From Massalongia carnosa (Eukaryota), in assembly GCA_965645245.1 (NCBI GenBank), contig OZ287079.1, positions 558,001 to 622,000 on the forward strand: 64,000 nt of DNA, read 5' to 3'. The notes under the pieces are model-generated. The model had not been told where the DNA came from, made no database searches, and worked only from the letters and a program-made list of their open reading frames with translations. Below are positions 11,201 to 22,016 of the stretch, piece after piece. Position 1 is the stretch's first letter, and each line of letters opens with the position of its first letter. Both the position numbers and the translations under genes were made by a program.

Positions 11201-12952
11201 GACTCAGTTCCCGAAGAACCGGCTTTCAAAATACCGCGCGCTTTTCTAGCGCTGTTCGCCGACGATAATAACGAGGATGAAGATGGCTATCTCAAATTCG
11301 AATCTGCCCTATCGGCTGATGCTTCTTCATTTGAAAGAAACATACCCGAGCCTAAGTCTTACAAGGAAGCAGTAAATGATCCGGTGTGGGGGGAACTATG
11401 GAAAGAAGCAGTGAACACCGAGATCAAGGCGCTCATCGGTAATAAGACTTGGAAAGAAGTTGTTCCACCTCCCAAAACGAACATCGTCACCTGCAAATGG
11501 GTGTTTAAAGTAAAAACCAACCTCGATGGTTCATTGGAGAAGTTCAAAGCAAGATTAGTCGCCCGTGGGTTTACTCAAAAATACGGCATCGACTATGAGG
11601 ACACTTTCGCCCCCACGGTAAGATCGGATACCCTACGTGCAGTGCTTGCCATAGTAGCGATGGAAAACCTGAAATGTCATCAAGTGGACGTGAATAACGC
11701 ATTTACCCAATCAACCTTGAAAGATGTCATTTACATGACCGCACCAGAAGGAGTAAACGTTGCCCCTGGTAGAGTTCTTCAGATTCTGCAAAGTCTATAC
11801 GGTTTAAAGCAGTCCGCCAGAGAATGGAATAGCCGCTGTACAAATGAGCTGACCAAACTAGGCTTCATTCAATGCTCATCTGACCCATGCCTATTCACTC
11901 ATCCTAAAAAGGGAATCATCATATTCATGCACGTAGATGACCTGGTGATCGCCTCCAAAATGATGAAAGAGATCGATTGGTTCAAGAAAGAGTTCAATGC
12001 TGCCGTTAGCATCAAGGACCTAGGAGAAGTGTCGAAGGTTCTGGGCATACGAGTAACCAGAGATCGGAAAAATCGAACTCTTCGAATGGACCAGACGCAT
12101 TATCTCAAAGATGTGATGGAGAGAACACATATGAGCGCTGACAAACATAGGCCTACCGAAATTCCAATGAACGGCTATGATTCATTGCGACCGGCTGGAA
12201 AAGATGATAAGCGCATAGATCAAAGAGAATATCAGCAAATTGTTGGAAGCCTGATGTACGCGGCAATTCATACGCGGCCAGATATAGCTTTTGCTCTTGG
12301 AAGGCTGAGCCAATATCTCAGTGATCCAGCTGCTCATCACGGTCATGCACTAAAAACGCTGCTTAGATACGTTCGGTCCACCCTTGACATCGGTATACTG
12401 TATGGGGCTGGGGGGAATCATGGCCAAGGCCTCATTGGGTATTCCGATTCAGACTACGCAGCTGATAGGCTCGAAAGAAAATCGATCTTGGGATACGTGT
12501 ACATGCTAGGAGGAGGGCCTATATCGTGGATGAGCAGAAAGCAAAAGTCGGTTGCTACGTCTACAACGGAGGCAGAATACATGGCCTTATCAACTTGTGC
12601 TAAGGAGGGTTTATGGCTCGTTCAGCTGATGAAAGACATAGGCTTCGAGAAATATTTCAGTCATAACGTCAATATTCGTGAGAACTTGAAGCATCAAGCT
12701 GACTCCCCGATGCGGTTAAAAGGAGATAATCAAGCCGCTATCCAACTGGCAAAAGACGCTCACATTCATGATAGATCTAAGCATATCGACGTTGCCTATC
12801 ATCACATTCGGGACCTGCACAAGCGAAATCGAATTCAGGTCGAGTACATACCCAGCGGAGAGATGATTGCCGACGGCCTAACCAAGCCTCTAAATAAGCC
12901 CATCTTCAATCGGTTCATTGGTCAATTGGGACTGCAAAAATGGAAAGAGTAA
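8285..12952 (+). CDS. Copia gag-pol polyprotein (1555 aa)
   Basis: Zn knuckle CLICGEVGHWTKEC, protease WVADSGAS, LWHRRFAH, integrase DICG/SDNA/NGVAER, RT KARLVARG...HVDD, RNase H GYSDSDYA; order PR-INT-RT-RH. Confidence 0.96.
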   Translation: MTTIADDLAKRRPLPVLTRENYQRWFELAEMHFEAEGIFHTISEPQPNSSYLQQRMDKLSLDGKGIDKSDTPLTPGTPFIDSERWRKDNAKACYLITICLSQFDQERVRVMKTAAEKWTSLLSKYNNILPTSGRHYLQELVSYKMKENTTVQEAWGELLLLRDKVVMAPPTLRDAFPTRQLFQLLLQSLPAEYAVIRDGIDAIGGVDAEISIKRLEDKEMQLTQAKADLALLAKQKEQRREQRRPLNPSRSRSTFNNSRQERSRRHERSSSAKRETKIKVNSQKGCLICGEVGHWTKECEFLESTRSHVRSLAKKKEEVSKGKSSVKRHRSDLAGESEEEDENDSFSSGDNDDDLDDLEETAALSREAVCKIPRSKWVADSGASSHMTDKLQLFSGPLTKIRERRIKVGGGELRACHRGTCVIKDGHGNQGFLSSVLYVPKLGVNLLSGRRMCEKGLIGSFDQHGLKMHDKQGKEIMEARQRGGVYIVEKIAKDLDEFALTASMHHDIAFPSKVDIASLSSSSEALKPRGAGLTCPTTHNNMEIEIESTPALNPTKTDKHSETYRLWHRRFAHLGREKLRNLHKVTTLEKPIPVSKEEDHICEVCALTKLTNKRGKATERKTSLLALVSIDICGPLPASREGYIYFLEIVDNYSRKIWSIPLKRRDEAPGELRKWRIKVELQSAQRLLAVRSDNATELKATLDEWCSSIGIIPQYTIPHMSIQNGVAERAIRTTENSVRAMIKDAELPIEFWKEAMETDAYLRNRTGCGPIIDGYASTPEEAFTGVKPSIDHNRVWGCKCYSYVDPKSLPAGDRRDKFMDRGRIGVFMGYVEETTKQYRLWAPDMGKIIRSHVVKFDENLKGGSVDLNLRKQTPNVLPERRPVGRPQKTKETKISEPAKLVESFSHVEVPSQQNQTHDQPNPKDDVTQNVPPIPTSEESPIANDSIPAAAVPKASTSIFSHVAIPKRKRSDEDSVPEEPAFKIPRAFLALFADDNNEDEDGYLKFESALSADASSFERNIPEPKSYKEAVNDPVWGELWKEAVNTEIKALIGNKTWKEVVPPPKTNIVTCKWVFKVKTNLDGSLEKFKARLVARGFTQKYGIDYEDTFAPTVRSDTLRAVLAIVAMENLKCHQVDVNNAFTQSTLKDVIYMTAPEGVNVAPGRVLQILQSLYGLKQSAREWNSRCTNELTKLGFIQCSSDPCLFTHPKKGIIIFMHVDDLVIASKMMKEIDWFKKEFNAAVSIKDLGEVSKVLGIRVTRDRKNRTLRMDQTHYLKDVMERTHMSADKHRPTEIPMNGYDSLRPAGKDDKRIDQREYQQIVGSLMYAAIHTRPDIAFALGRLSQYLSDPAAHHGHALKTLLRYVRSTLDIGILYGAGGNHGQGLIGYSDSDYAADRLERKSILGYVYMLGGGPISWMSRKQKSVATSTTEAEYMALSTCAKEGLWLVQLMKDIGFEKYFSHNVNIRENLKHQADSPMRLKGDNQAAIQLAKDAHIHDRSKHIDVAYHHIRDLHKRNRIQVEYIPSGEMIADGLTKPLNKPIFNRFIGQLGLQKWKE

Positions 12953-13475
12953 GGTGGTATCGCACCGCAGGGGGACTGTTGAATGGCGGTTGCGATTATG
13001 GTTATAATGGCTTGGGCTCACTGCCTTATAACGTGGATAGCGGGTAGTCTAATCTTCTCTATGAAGGTTTTAGGTTTAGCGTGCTTTGCCCTTTGGTGAA
13101 AAGTCTGCTCTTTTCCTTTTAGATACCTGTTCTTTCAGAATTGAGGGGGGCAAAGCGTCTGATTGGTCAGGAACTTCTATCTCAATGCCTCTCATGATTA
13201 TTCTAAAGAAATTGTAGATGTTTTAATGATTTTCAACTGATGTTTACCTTCTTATTTACAAAAAAAGGGGAGAATGTTTTGAAGTTCGCGACTCAGCCCT
13301 ACGGTATCTCACTAAGCCTATTTAAGGTGGCTGCCAAATTGCCAGACGAAGGGAGGCCAGATGAGGGACTGTGATGTGATTGGCTAGACTCGTTCTGGTC
13401 GGAGTCGTCTGAATCATCATTGCTCTGGTTAGAATCCCACTGTTCAGGCCTAGTGGGTGGTTTTAGAAGGGTGCC

Positions 13476-15530
13476 TCAAGGTGTGTCTTCCAGAAATTTT
13501 ACTGAGGTGTGCCGTTCGATTCGTCGAGAATTTGGATTATAAATCCTAAATTGGTGACGCGAATGGTAGCCAACGAAAATCCCCTGGAACGATACCCGAT
13601 CTAGTTTAGCTCTGCTAGCGCTTGGTACGTGCGCATGCACTAAACACCCAAAGGTTCGAATGAGGTCGATGGCAGGTGCATAACCATACCATTGTTCATC
13701 TGGTGAAGGCTGATTGTTGGCCAATGGAAGCACGTTTCGGAGGTAGTTTGTCTTAGCTGCTTCCCCCCAGAAAGTCTTCGGCAGTTCGGCCCAATATAGC
13801 ATAGCTCGAGCCATCTGGATGATGGTTCGATTTAATCGTTCGCCATGCCGTTTTCTTCCGGTGTGTGTGGGGTAGTAAGTTCCATGATGACCCCCTCCTT
13901 TCTGAGGTCATTCGCCATGTGCTCGAACTCCTTTGCATTGTCAGTTCGTAGTTTGGCGAGAGTTTCACCTGAGTCCACTTCTGCCACCTTCTTCCATTCT
14001 AGTACTTCTCCCTGGACTTCCTTTCGACTTTTCATGAGCTCCAACCAGGATTTCCTGGTGGACTCGTCCACAAAGTTGATGAAGTATCGATAGCCGTTCA
14101 GGCTAGTTATTCGATACGGCCCCCAGACATCGCTATATGCCCTCCCTAGTTTCCTATCAACTCGGCGAGGAGGTACGCGGTAAATGGCCCTGGTCATCTT
14201 AGTATAGTTACAAACTGAGCACTCCACCTTGTCAAAGAAAGATAAAGGGGTGCCTTCAATGTCCATTGCTTTCCCTGCTTCCGGAATTTTCTTGGACAAA
14301 AGTTGAATCCTTCGAGCGCTGACGTGCCCCAGTCGAGAGTGCCAGAGTAAATATGCGCTTATTTTGGCCTGTTCTGACTTCGACTTACTCGGTCCTGCCC
14401 TTGGCTCGCTTCGCTGAGTCCCGACCAATTCCCTTGTGTGGACTTCCTGCGGAACTTCTTCCTGTTCTTCCTGTTCTTCCTGGTCTTCCTGGTCTTCCTG
14501 CACTCCAGTTTCCAATGCAACTTCCGAGTTTCGGAGTAGAAACATGTTGCCCTTAAAGAAACCGGTGGCGACCGAGATACCGTCTCTGGTGATTTCCACC
14601 CCTCCTGGGCGGAAGAGAATGCTAAGCCCTTTCCGATTCAGAGCCTTTATGGACAGCAAATTCGAATCAAGCCGGGGTACCTACAGAACATTTTCCATCC
14701 GGACCTTCTTTCCTCCAAGGTCCACACTGATGTCACCCCTTCCGGGCGACGATAGCTTTGTTCCATCTGCAATGGTGACACTGGTTAGCATATTCCGGAA
14801 CTTGGTGAACAGTTTCCTGTCGGGCATCATGTGCCGACTCGCCCCTGAGTCGATAATCCACCTGCCCAAATATCTGTCACCCCGAGGAGTTTTAATGAAG
14901 ATTTCCGCCTTCCTGGCCTTATCCGAGACCACCGTCTCCAGGTTTTCGTCTGAGACCACTGTCTCCAGGATTTCTTCCGAGACCTCTGTCTTCAGGATTC
15001 TTCACTCCTCCCGTTCCATTCCTTTACCATGAAGCCTATCTCTTCGTCATCTTCCGACTCCGAGGCCTCATTTTCCTGCTCTTCTTGAGCCTGTAGAGCA
15101 TTTCCCTTCCGCCTATGCTTTGTCTTTCCGGGCTTTTTCCCAGGGGGTGCTCCGCTGCCGTTTTCGGACTTATTTGCCTTGGTTCCTTCTTCACCTTCTT
15201 TGCTACCTTCTTTTGCTTTTCTCTTGCTGAATGATTTTCCAGCGTTAGTCTTCAGCCATTCATGGCACTCGGTCTTGAAATGCCCGGGTTTGTGACAGTG
15301 AAAACACAAACCATGCAAAGTGGTGAGAACCTTGTTAGCAATTTCCTTTTGTCCCTTATCAACAATTTTTGCTCGATTGTTCTAAATCGCTGCTTTGCGT
15401 ATTCGAGAGTGAGGTTGTTATCTTCCTCGAGGTGTAGTTTAACGAACTCATACTGTTCGTGGTCGACCGCGTTCATTAAACACATAGCAACATCAAAATC
15501 ACTGGGCGAAACAAAGACTACAAGCGGAGA
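13476..15530 (-). mobile_element. Degenerate Ty1/Copia internal fragment (gag-protease-integrase) of a different family
   Basis: CFHCHKPGHFKTEC, WIIDSGASRHM, LWHSRLGH, SDVWGP, RTDNAKEF and FWGEA motifs across frameshifted ORFs; no RT or LTR seen. Confidence 0.9.
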
Positions 15531-16349
15531 GGCTACCAAGACCGCGGTTAAGCGTCTTCCCAAGCGCGATCTTGACGACCCCATTCCTGAGGATAACACC
15601 TCAAGCTCATCTATCAAGAAGACGCGCGTCATTAAACCGGCTCGTTAACCAAGATCCTAGATCAAAAAATTTATCACTAGCCGCTACAAAGTTTACGATC
15701 CTGCCCTTGATAACGTTGGTTCGGAGGCGTCCATCTATAGAGGTTCTTGCAGTATCTATGATACCTTCGCTCTCGTCATGAACCCCTCCTTAGAAAACCT
15801 TGATGACATTCTTCGCGAAGATGTCAGGGTTGAGGATTTTCTTGTTGCTAAGCTTCTGGGATCCATGTCTCAAAAGCGGCTCAGTAAATTTTGGCCCTAC
15901 AGTCATGCCGGCATGCCTCGCGCTACCCGCATGCCTCTGGGCCATGCTGCTAAAATCTGGGTGGTCGCTAGCACTCGCGATGTAGATGGGAACGTGGTGG
16001 AGGAAGGTGAAACTAGTTGGTATTACATGTGGTGGAGAGGCATTCATTGCCTCATGGGCAGGAGGGACAGGCTGCCGGGCTCTTTACAATTTGGCCTTCC
16101 TTTGAAGAATTTAAGTGTGAAGGATTTAGCTTCAAGATAGACTACAAAGCCGAGGTCCAGCTCCCGGCTGGCGATCCAGAAGACCCGACAGATTTTTCAG
16201 GTTCTAGCAAACGCGGCAAAGCTGCAAAAACCTCCAAGGACATCAAGACCCTGAAGGCCGCCAAAATCAAAAGCGCCAAATCCAACCTTGGACCGGTAGA
16301 GGCGGCCAATAAATCAGCGAAAAAGGCAGCCAAGGGAAGAAAAAGGTAG
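15530..16349 (+). pseudogene. Fragmented coding sequence of unknown family
   Basis: Consecutive coding-like ORF pieces broken by stops, ending in a Lys-rich tail; no recognisable motif. Confidence 0.3.
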
Positions 16350-17387
16350 ACCACATGTCATGTGGCAAATCCGCGCAGCGCGGCTTTGCCGTGGATAGTC
16401 TAGCTATAGAGATGCACTAGCTAATTATGAATCAATGACCGGCTGCAACCGACTTTCTCTTACTATTTTCGTGACCCAAATCGATGTCCATTGTAGACTG
16501 AGACCCGGGCTTTTTGTCCAGCTTGCATCGAGTTTAAAAAGTGTTAACCGATTAGACCACACTAATTGGTAGGTGGCCTGCCAATATCACCACTAATAGA
16601 AGTGTCACTCGGTTAGCAAGTGTTGCACTTAGTGAATGGCTGGCTACCGAGTACGCACAAAAGGTGATGGGATAAGATAAAATAGATATTTAGCTAGAGA
16701 TGATTTCTATCATCAACAACCATCCTAGATAAACCAGATCAATTTATCAAATCCAAAACGAGTCTCCTTTAGAACGTAAACCTACCTAACAAATAAGCTG
16801 GAAAGCTTACGCATATCTAAGCGATAACCAGCTTGATAAAAAGCATCGCCATCCCTTGATGTCGTTCTTTAGTGCACATATTCGACCGCGCGGTTCCAAA
16901 ACATAAAAATAACACATATAAAAAACGGCGGTATGGTATAACATAATTGAGCTGATATTTTAAAGCTCAATCGGGGAAGGCCGCTCGATACGGAGGTCTG
17001 AGTCAAAAGTAATCGGACACGCTAAAGTTTAGCACTAGAGCAAGCTGTTTTAATACGTGTTAATCATTTTTAGCGTGAGAATATATTACATGTAGTAAAT
17101 CCTATTTCTAAATGGTATCCTCATGATGTCTATTCGTACTATTTAAATCTTGCCTTATTAGATAATCACGAGGATGCAGAAGAACTTGTGTACAGATAAT
17201 ATCTATCATAAAACTGATAAGAGGTACGTTATTATACATACAATAGTCATAGAATATTACGAAAAGTAACAGGTTATATATGAAATCATGATGAAAAGGA
17301 GTTTTATTAAGAAGGCCCTATTTCGGGTGGTGGAAAGGCCGCATCGGGTGGTGGAGGTCAAATTGGAAGAAATAACAGCGCAACTCA

Positions 17388-17894
17388 TCATTCTTTACTT
17401 GCAAGTTTCGTTGGCAAAGATTTATCTCTTCGCGGACGTGAACTTGGAGCTGTGGTATGCAAAACTGATGTTCTTTTTGCACGTCGAATTCTTTTCTTAA
17501 TAGGCGATACTGATTGAGACACTTCTGGCACTTCAATAATACCATTCGCCACCGATTCCTTTGGTCGAATAGGCTCTTTTCTTTTGCCTTGATTCGAAGA
17601 TGGTAGATGCTCAAATGAGAAAATATCCGCATCGCTATTATTAATAATGTTGTTGGCAGATGAGAGAGGCGGAGCATATGGAGTCGAGTCCGTTAGACCA
17701 TTTGGCTCAGGAATCATTCTTTGAGGTGTAGCAGGAACCGAAGCAAGATAATAATCGAGCGTCCCAGGAATAGTTAGAGCTGGTGTAATACTACGGGATA
17801 GGTTTTCGAGTGGGTGTGACAGTCGAGAATAACGGATTGATCTAAGCATTTCAAGAGAAGGACAAGGGATATCTGAATCGCTCGAACTTGACAA
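17388..17894 (-). CDS. Ser/Pro-rich hypothetical ORF downstream of the Tc1 relic (possibly part of that element)
   Basis: 168-aa ATG-started ORF beginning 15 bp after the transposase stop; no known motif. Confidence 0.3.
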   Translation of the reverse strand: MSSSSDSDIPCPSLEMLRSIRYSRLSHPLENLSRSITPALTIPGTLDYYLASVPATPQRMIPEPNGLTDSTPYAPPLSSANNIINNSDADIFSFEHLPSSNQGKRKEPIRPKESVANGIIEVPEVSQSVSPIKKRIRRAKRTSVLHTTAPSSRPRRDKSLPTKLASKE

Positions 17895-17908
17895 ATCATT
17901 GGAAAGTG

Positions 17909-18975
17909 TTAATGGCGACGGGGAGCGGTCAGGTATGTTGCTTGACTGTTCATTTTTTCGAACGCTTCGACCTTTTCCATCTCAGCTATCAGATCCGCAA
18001 GACGTTTCTTCCCTTCTTTTGTATCTGTTCGACCATCTACCCTTCCTTCCTTGTATTTATTATCACCTTTTAAGAACCGGATAATCCGTAAATGACGGGG
18101 GATGCGCTCAATCCAAGCCTGAATTTTCTCCTGCGGTAGGTTATCCCAAGCTTTTTTCCAACGTTCCTCTGCATCTCTTCGAGTTCGAGGAGCACCTTTT
18201 TTAGTTGTTGTCCGTTTTATCCATGGCCAACACGGCTCACTCAAATTCATGTCCGGAGAATTTCCCGGCCATAAAAGTCGCATAATATCGTGTAACCGAA
18301 ATAATTCATCTTGATATTTAGATGCATGCGCGGGGGCTTTGTCTTCTTGAACTAGCATGGGGAGTATACTCATTAAGAGCTGGTTCAGGTTACATCTCTT
18401 CGCAAAAGGAATAAGTAAAGACTCTAAAATGACTGTTCGATATCGGCACCAGTCAATCCCTTTACTTCCTTTTTTGCGAACATACGCCCTTGTTGCTTCA
18501 TTAAATCTCCATTTGGCTTTGGACCACCAACACCTCGAAGCCCCAACCGGCTAATACCTTGATTTAACACTCTTGTCTTGCGGCAGGTTCCAGTCTATCA
18601 TTCAGGCCTTTAATATGATTCTCGGCAAATTTTTTCTCCTTTGCAGTTTCCGATTTCCAGCAGTGACATGGCCCTTTATAGTCATAAGAAAAACAACCCC
18701 AGAACATAAACTCAGTAAATCCTTTATATCTCTCTCGTATAGTGGAAGTTACTGGTTCTTGTCCCTCCTGTGCTGTCCTCTATATTCGATTATTTCCTCG
18801 ACGATGTCCCAATACCACACTAGTCTTATCTGTCCAAATTACACGTTTCCAATCCTCCATTATCCAATCTTTGTACTTGATAGTGAATTCTAGGCGGGAT
18901 TTCTTCATAGCGGGAGTGAATCTGGCTTCCATATTGGTTTGAATTTTTTATATCCATGCTTATTTAGTTGGTATG
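17909..18975 (-). mobile_element. Degenerate Tc1-like DD34E transposase
   Basis: WKRVIWTDKTS, then QEDKAPAH...WPGNSPDMNLSE (34-residue D-E spacing); frameshifts and stops. Confidence 0.88.
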
Positions 18976-19095
18976 TGTTGAATAGGTCTATGACTATGGC
19001 TATATGACTATGTAAAGATAGGGGCCTGTATGACCATGATGTTAAGGATGCAGAGTTGCTACGGAGTGCAGAGCAATCTGTTCCTTTTATGTTGG
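18976..19095 (+). repeat. Probable LTR fragment truncated by Tc1 copy B
   Basis: Starts TGTTGAAT like the other Copia LTRs, close to where transposase homology stops. Confidence 0.4.
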
Positions 19096-20421
19096 CACGC
19101 GGGTGACAAAATAAATTGCAACGTGTAAGCGAATTTACCCCTGAATGCCCCATCAAAACACCCTCCTTTTTTTCAACTTTTTATCTCATCATCAATGTCT
19201 CGACCCAAAAAGCCTCATTATGATACTCCCACAAAGGCCAAAGTTCAAGGAGCTTATCAATTTCTCATCTCACATGCAATTCCATTCGATCCACGGGCCA
19301 TTTTTCAGGAATTTGGCGTGGCCGAGCGCGCGGGCTATAACATCATCAAAAGCGGAGCTTCTTCTCGCACACGTCACAATTCTTCTCTCGTTGAGACTCG
19401 GGGTCGAAAGCGAAAGATTAGTGATGATCAGCTGAAGGAGGCAGATCACATTCTGCAGGATCAAGATCTACAATTGGAAGGAAAACGCTACACATGGGAT
19501 GCTTTAGCACAGGAGATTGGGGCCGACGTGATGGGACGTACAATGAAGAGAACTCTTACAGCTGCCTTGAATTATCACAAATGTCTAGCCTGTGTCAAAG
19601 GGTGGCTGGCAATGGCATCAGAAGAAAGAAGAGAAGAATTTGCTACAGTTATGTTAAATAAATATCCTCGGTCCGAAGACTGGCATCGCGTACGATTCAG
19701 CGATGAGATTCATTTTGGCTACGGGCCTGAAGGACAGTTACGAATCATTCGTAACCCCGGAACAAGATATCGTTGGGATTGTATTCAGCATCGTGATGCA
19801 CCACCTGAGAAAGATCGTAAAAGAAAGTACTGCTGGGCAGCAGTTGGTTACAATTTCAAGTCGGATATCTACTTCTACGATGTGCCCAGCAATAGCAATG
19901 GAAAAATGACTCATCAGGTGTATATTGACGCTATTCTTGATCCCGTCGTCAAGCCCTGGTTGGAGCGTGGAGATGACTTCGTACTTGAAGAAGATGGATA
20001 CTCTGGTCATGGCACGGGCAAGAGACGAAACGCGGTCAAAAGTGGAAGTTAGATCACGATTTAGAGCACTATTTCAATTGTTCTTCATCTCCTGATCTAG
20101 CTCCCATTGAAAATTGCTGGCAGCCCGCAAAGCAGCATGTTCGTAAATTTCCTCATTGGGACGATGCAAGTTTGGAGCAGCTGATTAGGGAGGGATGGGC
20201 TCGAGTCAGTCAGGAATTTATCAATGAAAGGGTGTTATCCATGCCCAAAAGATTGAAAGAGGTGAAAGATGCAAAGGGGGCGATGACTGGTTATTGATCT
20301 CATGTAATTTAGGTGAATTTTATCAGCTATGCAGATGATGGTTGATGATGAGATGAAAATTTGAATAAAAAAGGGGGGGTAAATTCGCTTACACGTTGCA
20401 ATTTATTTTGTCACCCGCGTG
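19096..20421 (+). mobile_element. Tc1/mariner-like DNA transposon, copy B (1326 bp), transposase 19195-~20296 with one frameshift
   Basis: Same TIRs as copy A. ORF 19195..20052 continues after a frameshift at ~20040 into KWKLDHDLEHYFNCSSSPDLAPIENCW. Confidence 0.94.
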
Positions 20422-22016
20422 GTTAGTTCGTGGCTCACCGCTGACTATCCGCATCGAGTACTGCAAAAGGATCACAATTACACAAGACAAGTTGGCTGCT
20501 TTTTGAGCGACAACTCCCACTTATCGGCTCTTTGTCCAGCTCATACAGCCTCTTGCGGAGTTCCGAAACCATCGCTTCAGACTTTCGCAGTTTCATCTCG
20601 TCACATCTTCGATCAAGCTGATGATGTGACGGGGATGTACTTCTGTCGATACCTCAGCTTTACGTTGTCAAAGCGGAGCAGTTGCAAATCGATTGGGCTG
20701 AGGTCCGCCTCGTCACCAAGTATGAACTCGACATCACTCAATCGGTGAGGTGCGGGCGATGCGCCCGAGGACTGAAGGGTAGTTTCGTAGTTGACCACGA
20801 AGAGTCGGTTGCCGGTATTAGGAGTTGACAAAGATTCCGGGTTCGTTGACGTCTCGAGACCAGATGAACCTGCCGTTGCGAGTCTCGGTGCTCCGCATGA
20901 TGAATAATTCGCGTCAAGGTCACTGCTGTTCGGGTTCGAGGAGCTTGTGAAGGAGTGAAGCGTTCTGATCTCTGGCGTTAGCCTCATCTATTTTCGATAG
21001 AAGGCATCGGCACTGTTCTGGCACAGTCTGTTGACGTCGCAAAATCATATCGCCTCGATCAGCGGCCGCGCATGGCAGAGAAGTACGATCATTATCCATA
21101 TCTGCTGCTTAGAAGCATCGATTTTGGACATCAGCCATCTAGGTAGCAGGCCGTAGCCTCAGATCCATCCTTTGTCGGTGCAATGCCCGTCTTTGAACTA
21201 TGGGATTTGGGAGATATGGGTAGCCATGGCCGAATGAGGAGATACATTTATTCGGCTTTTAATGGAGGATAAGTGTGTTCGATGACATGACATCCAGAGA
21301 AGCAGACCTTGAACTATCAAGCCCTCCGCGTTGAACATGTAGATACATTCTATGACCTTTCATCCCAATCAAGCAACATGCCATCTTTACCTTATCATCA
21401 AAGAGATCAAACATTCTATATCATTCATAGCGAAGGAACGGAGGGATGACAACACGACTGCAGAGAAATGAAAGAGAGAATGAAAAGACGTCATTGAAAC
21501 CGGCAGTCGCTATAAGTCCTTAGTTGTGATCTGTACCTTGTCGACAGTTTTTATCGTGATTGTAACCCCAAGACTGAAACTACTTGTTGCCTAAGCCCTT
21601 GCTTTTCATCAACACGAATAATAAAAAACTGTGATGACCTATCATCCTTTATGACAGAGACTTCTGCAGCATCGTCTCGTAAATACCAATTACGACTCAG
21701 AGTACATATCATCTAGAAGGAATGACGATTTCATTCAGCTCAATCCTGAGGGTGACAGCAATACGCCATGATGCCTACACTGTAGGGAAGTATATCCAAG
21801 ACAGTATGACAGCGGAGAGAAAAGAAAGTGAATTGCCCAGTCATAGATAGGTAGTATTCGAGTCAAACGAAAGGTCTTGCTAAACTACAATGATGCTACT
21901 GAGCTAGCTACGGTGCGGATCCCTACTTGACTATACTCTCGGGGTCGTTGAAATAGTCGTACTGGTATGATGCACTGCTATAGTCGCGTCAATATAACCA
22001 GATCAAGAACGAATAC

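Larger units (their letters stand above)
7796..13125 (+). mobile_element. Ty1/Copia LTR retrotransposon with intact gag-pol and truncated 3' LTR
   Basis: 5' LTR 7796-7991, PBS-like ggttatgagc at 7992, PPT gcagggggac before the 3' LTR, 3' LTR 12977-~13125 nearly identical but cut short. Confidence 0.95.

Noticed and set aside
20430..20987. Short ORFs right of Tc1 copy B
   Set aside because: No motif or consistent splice model.
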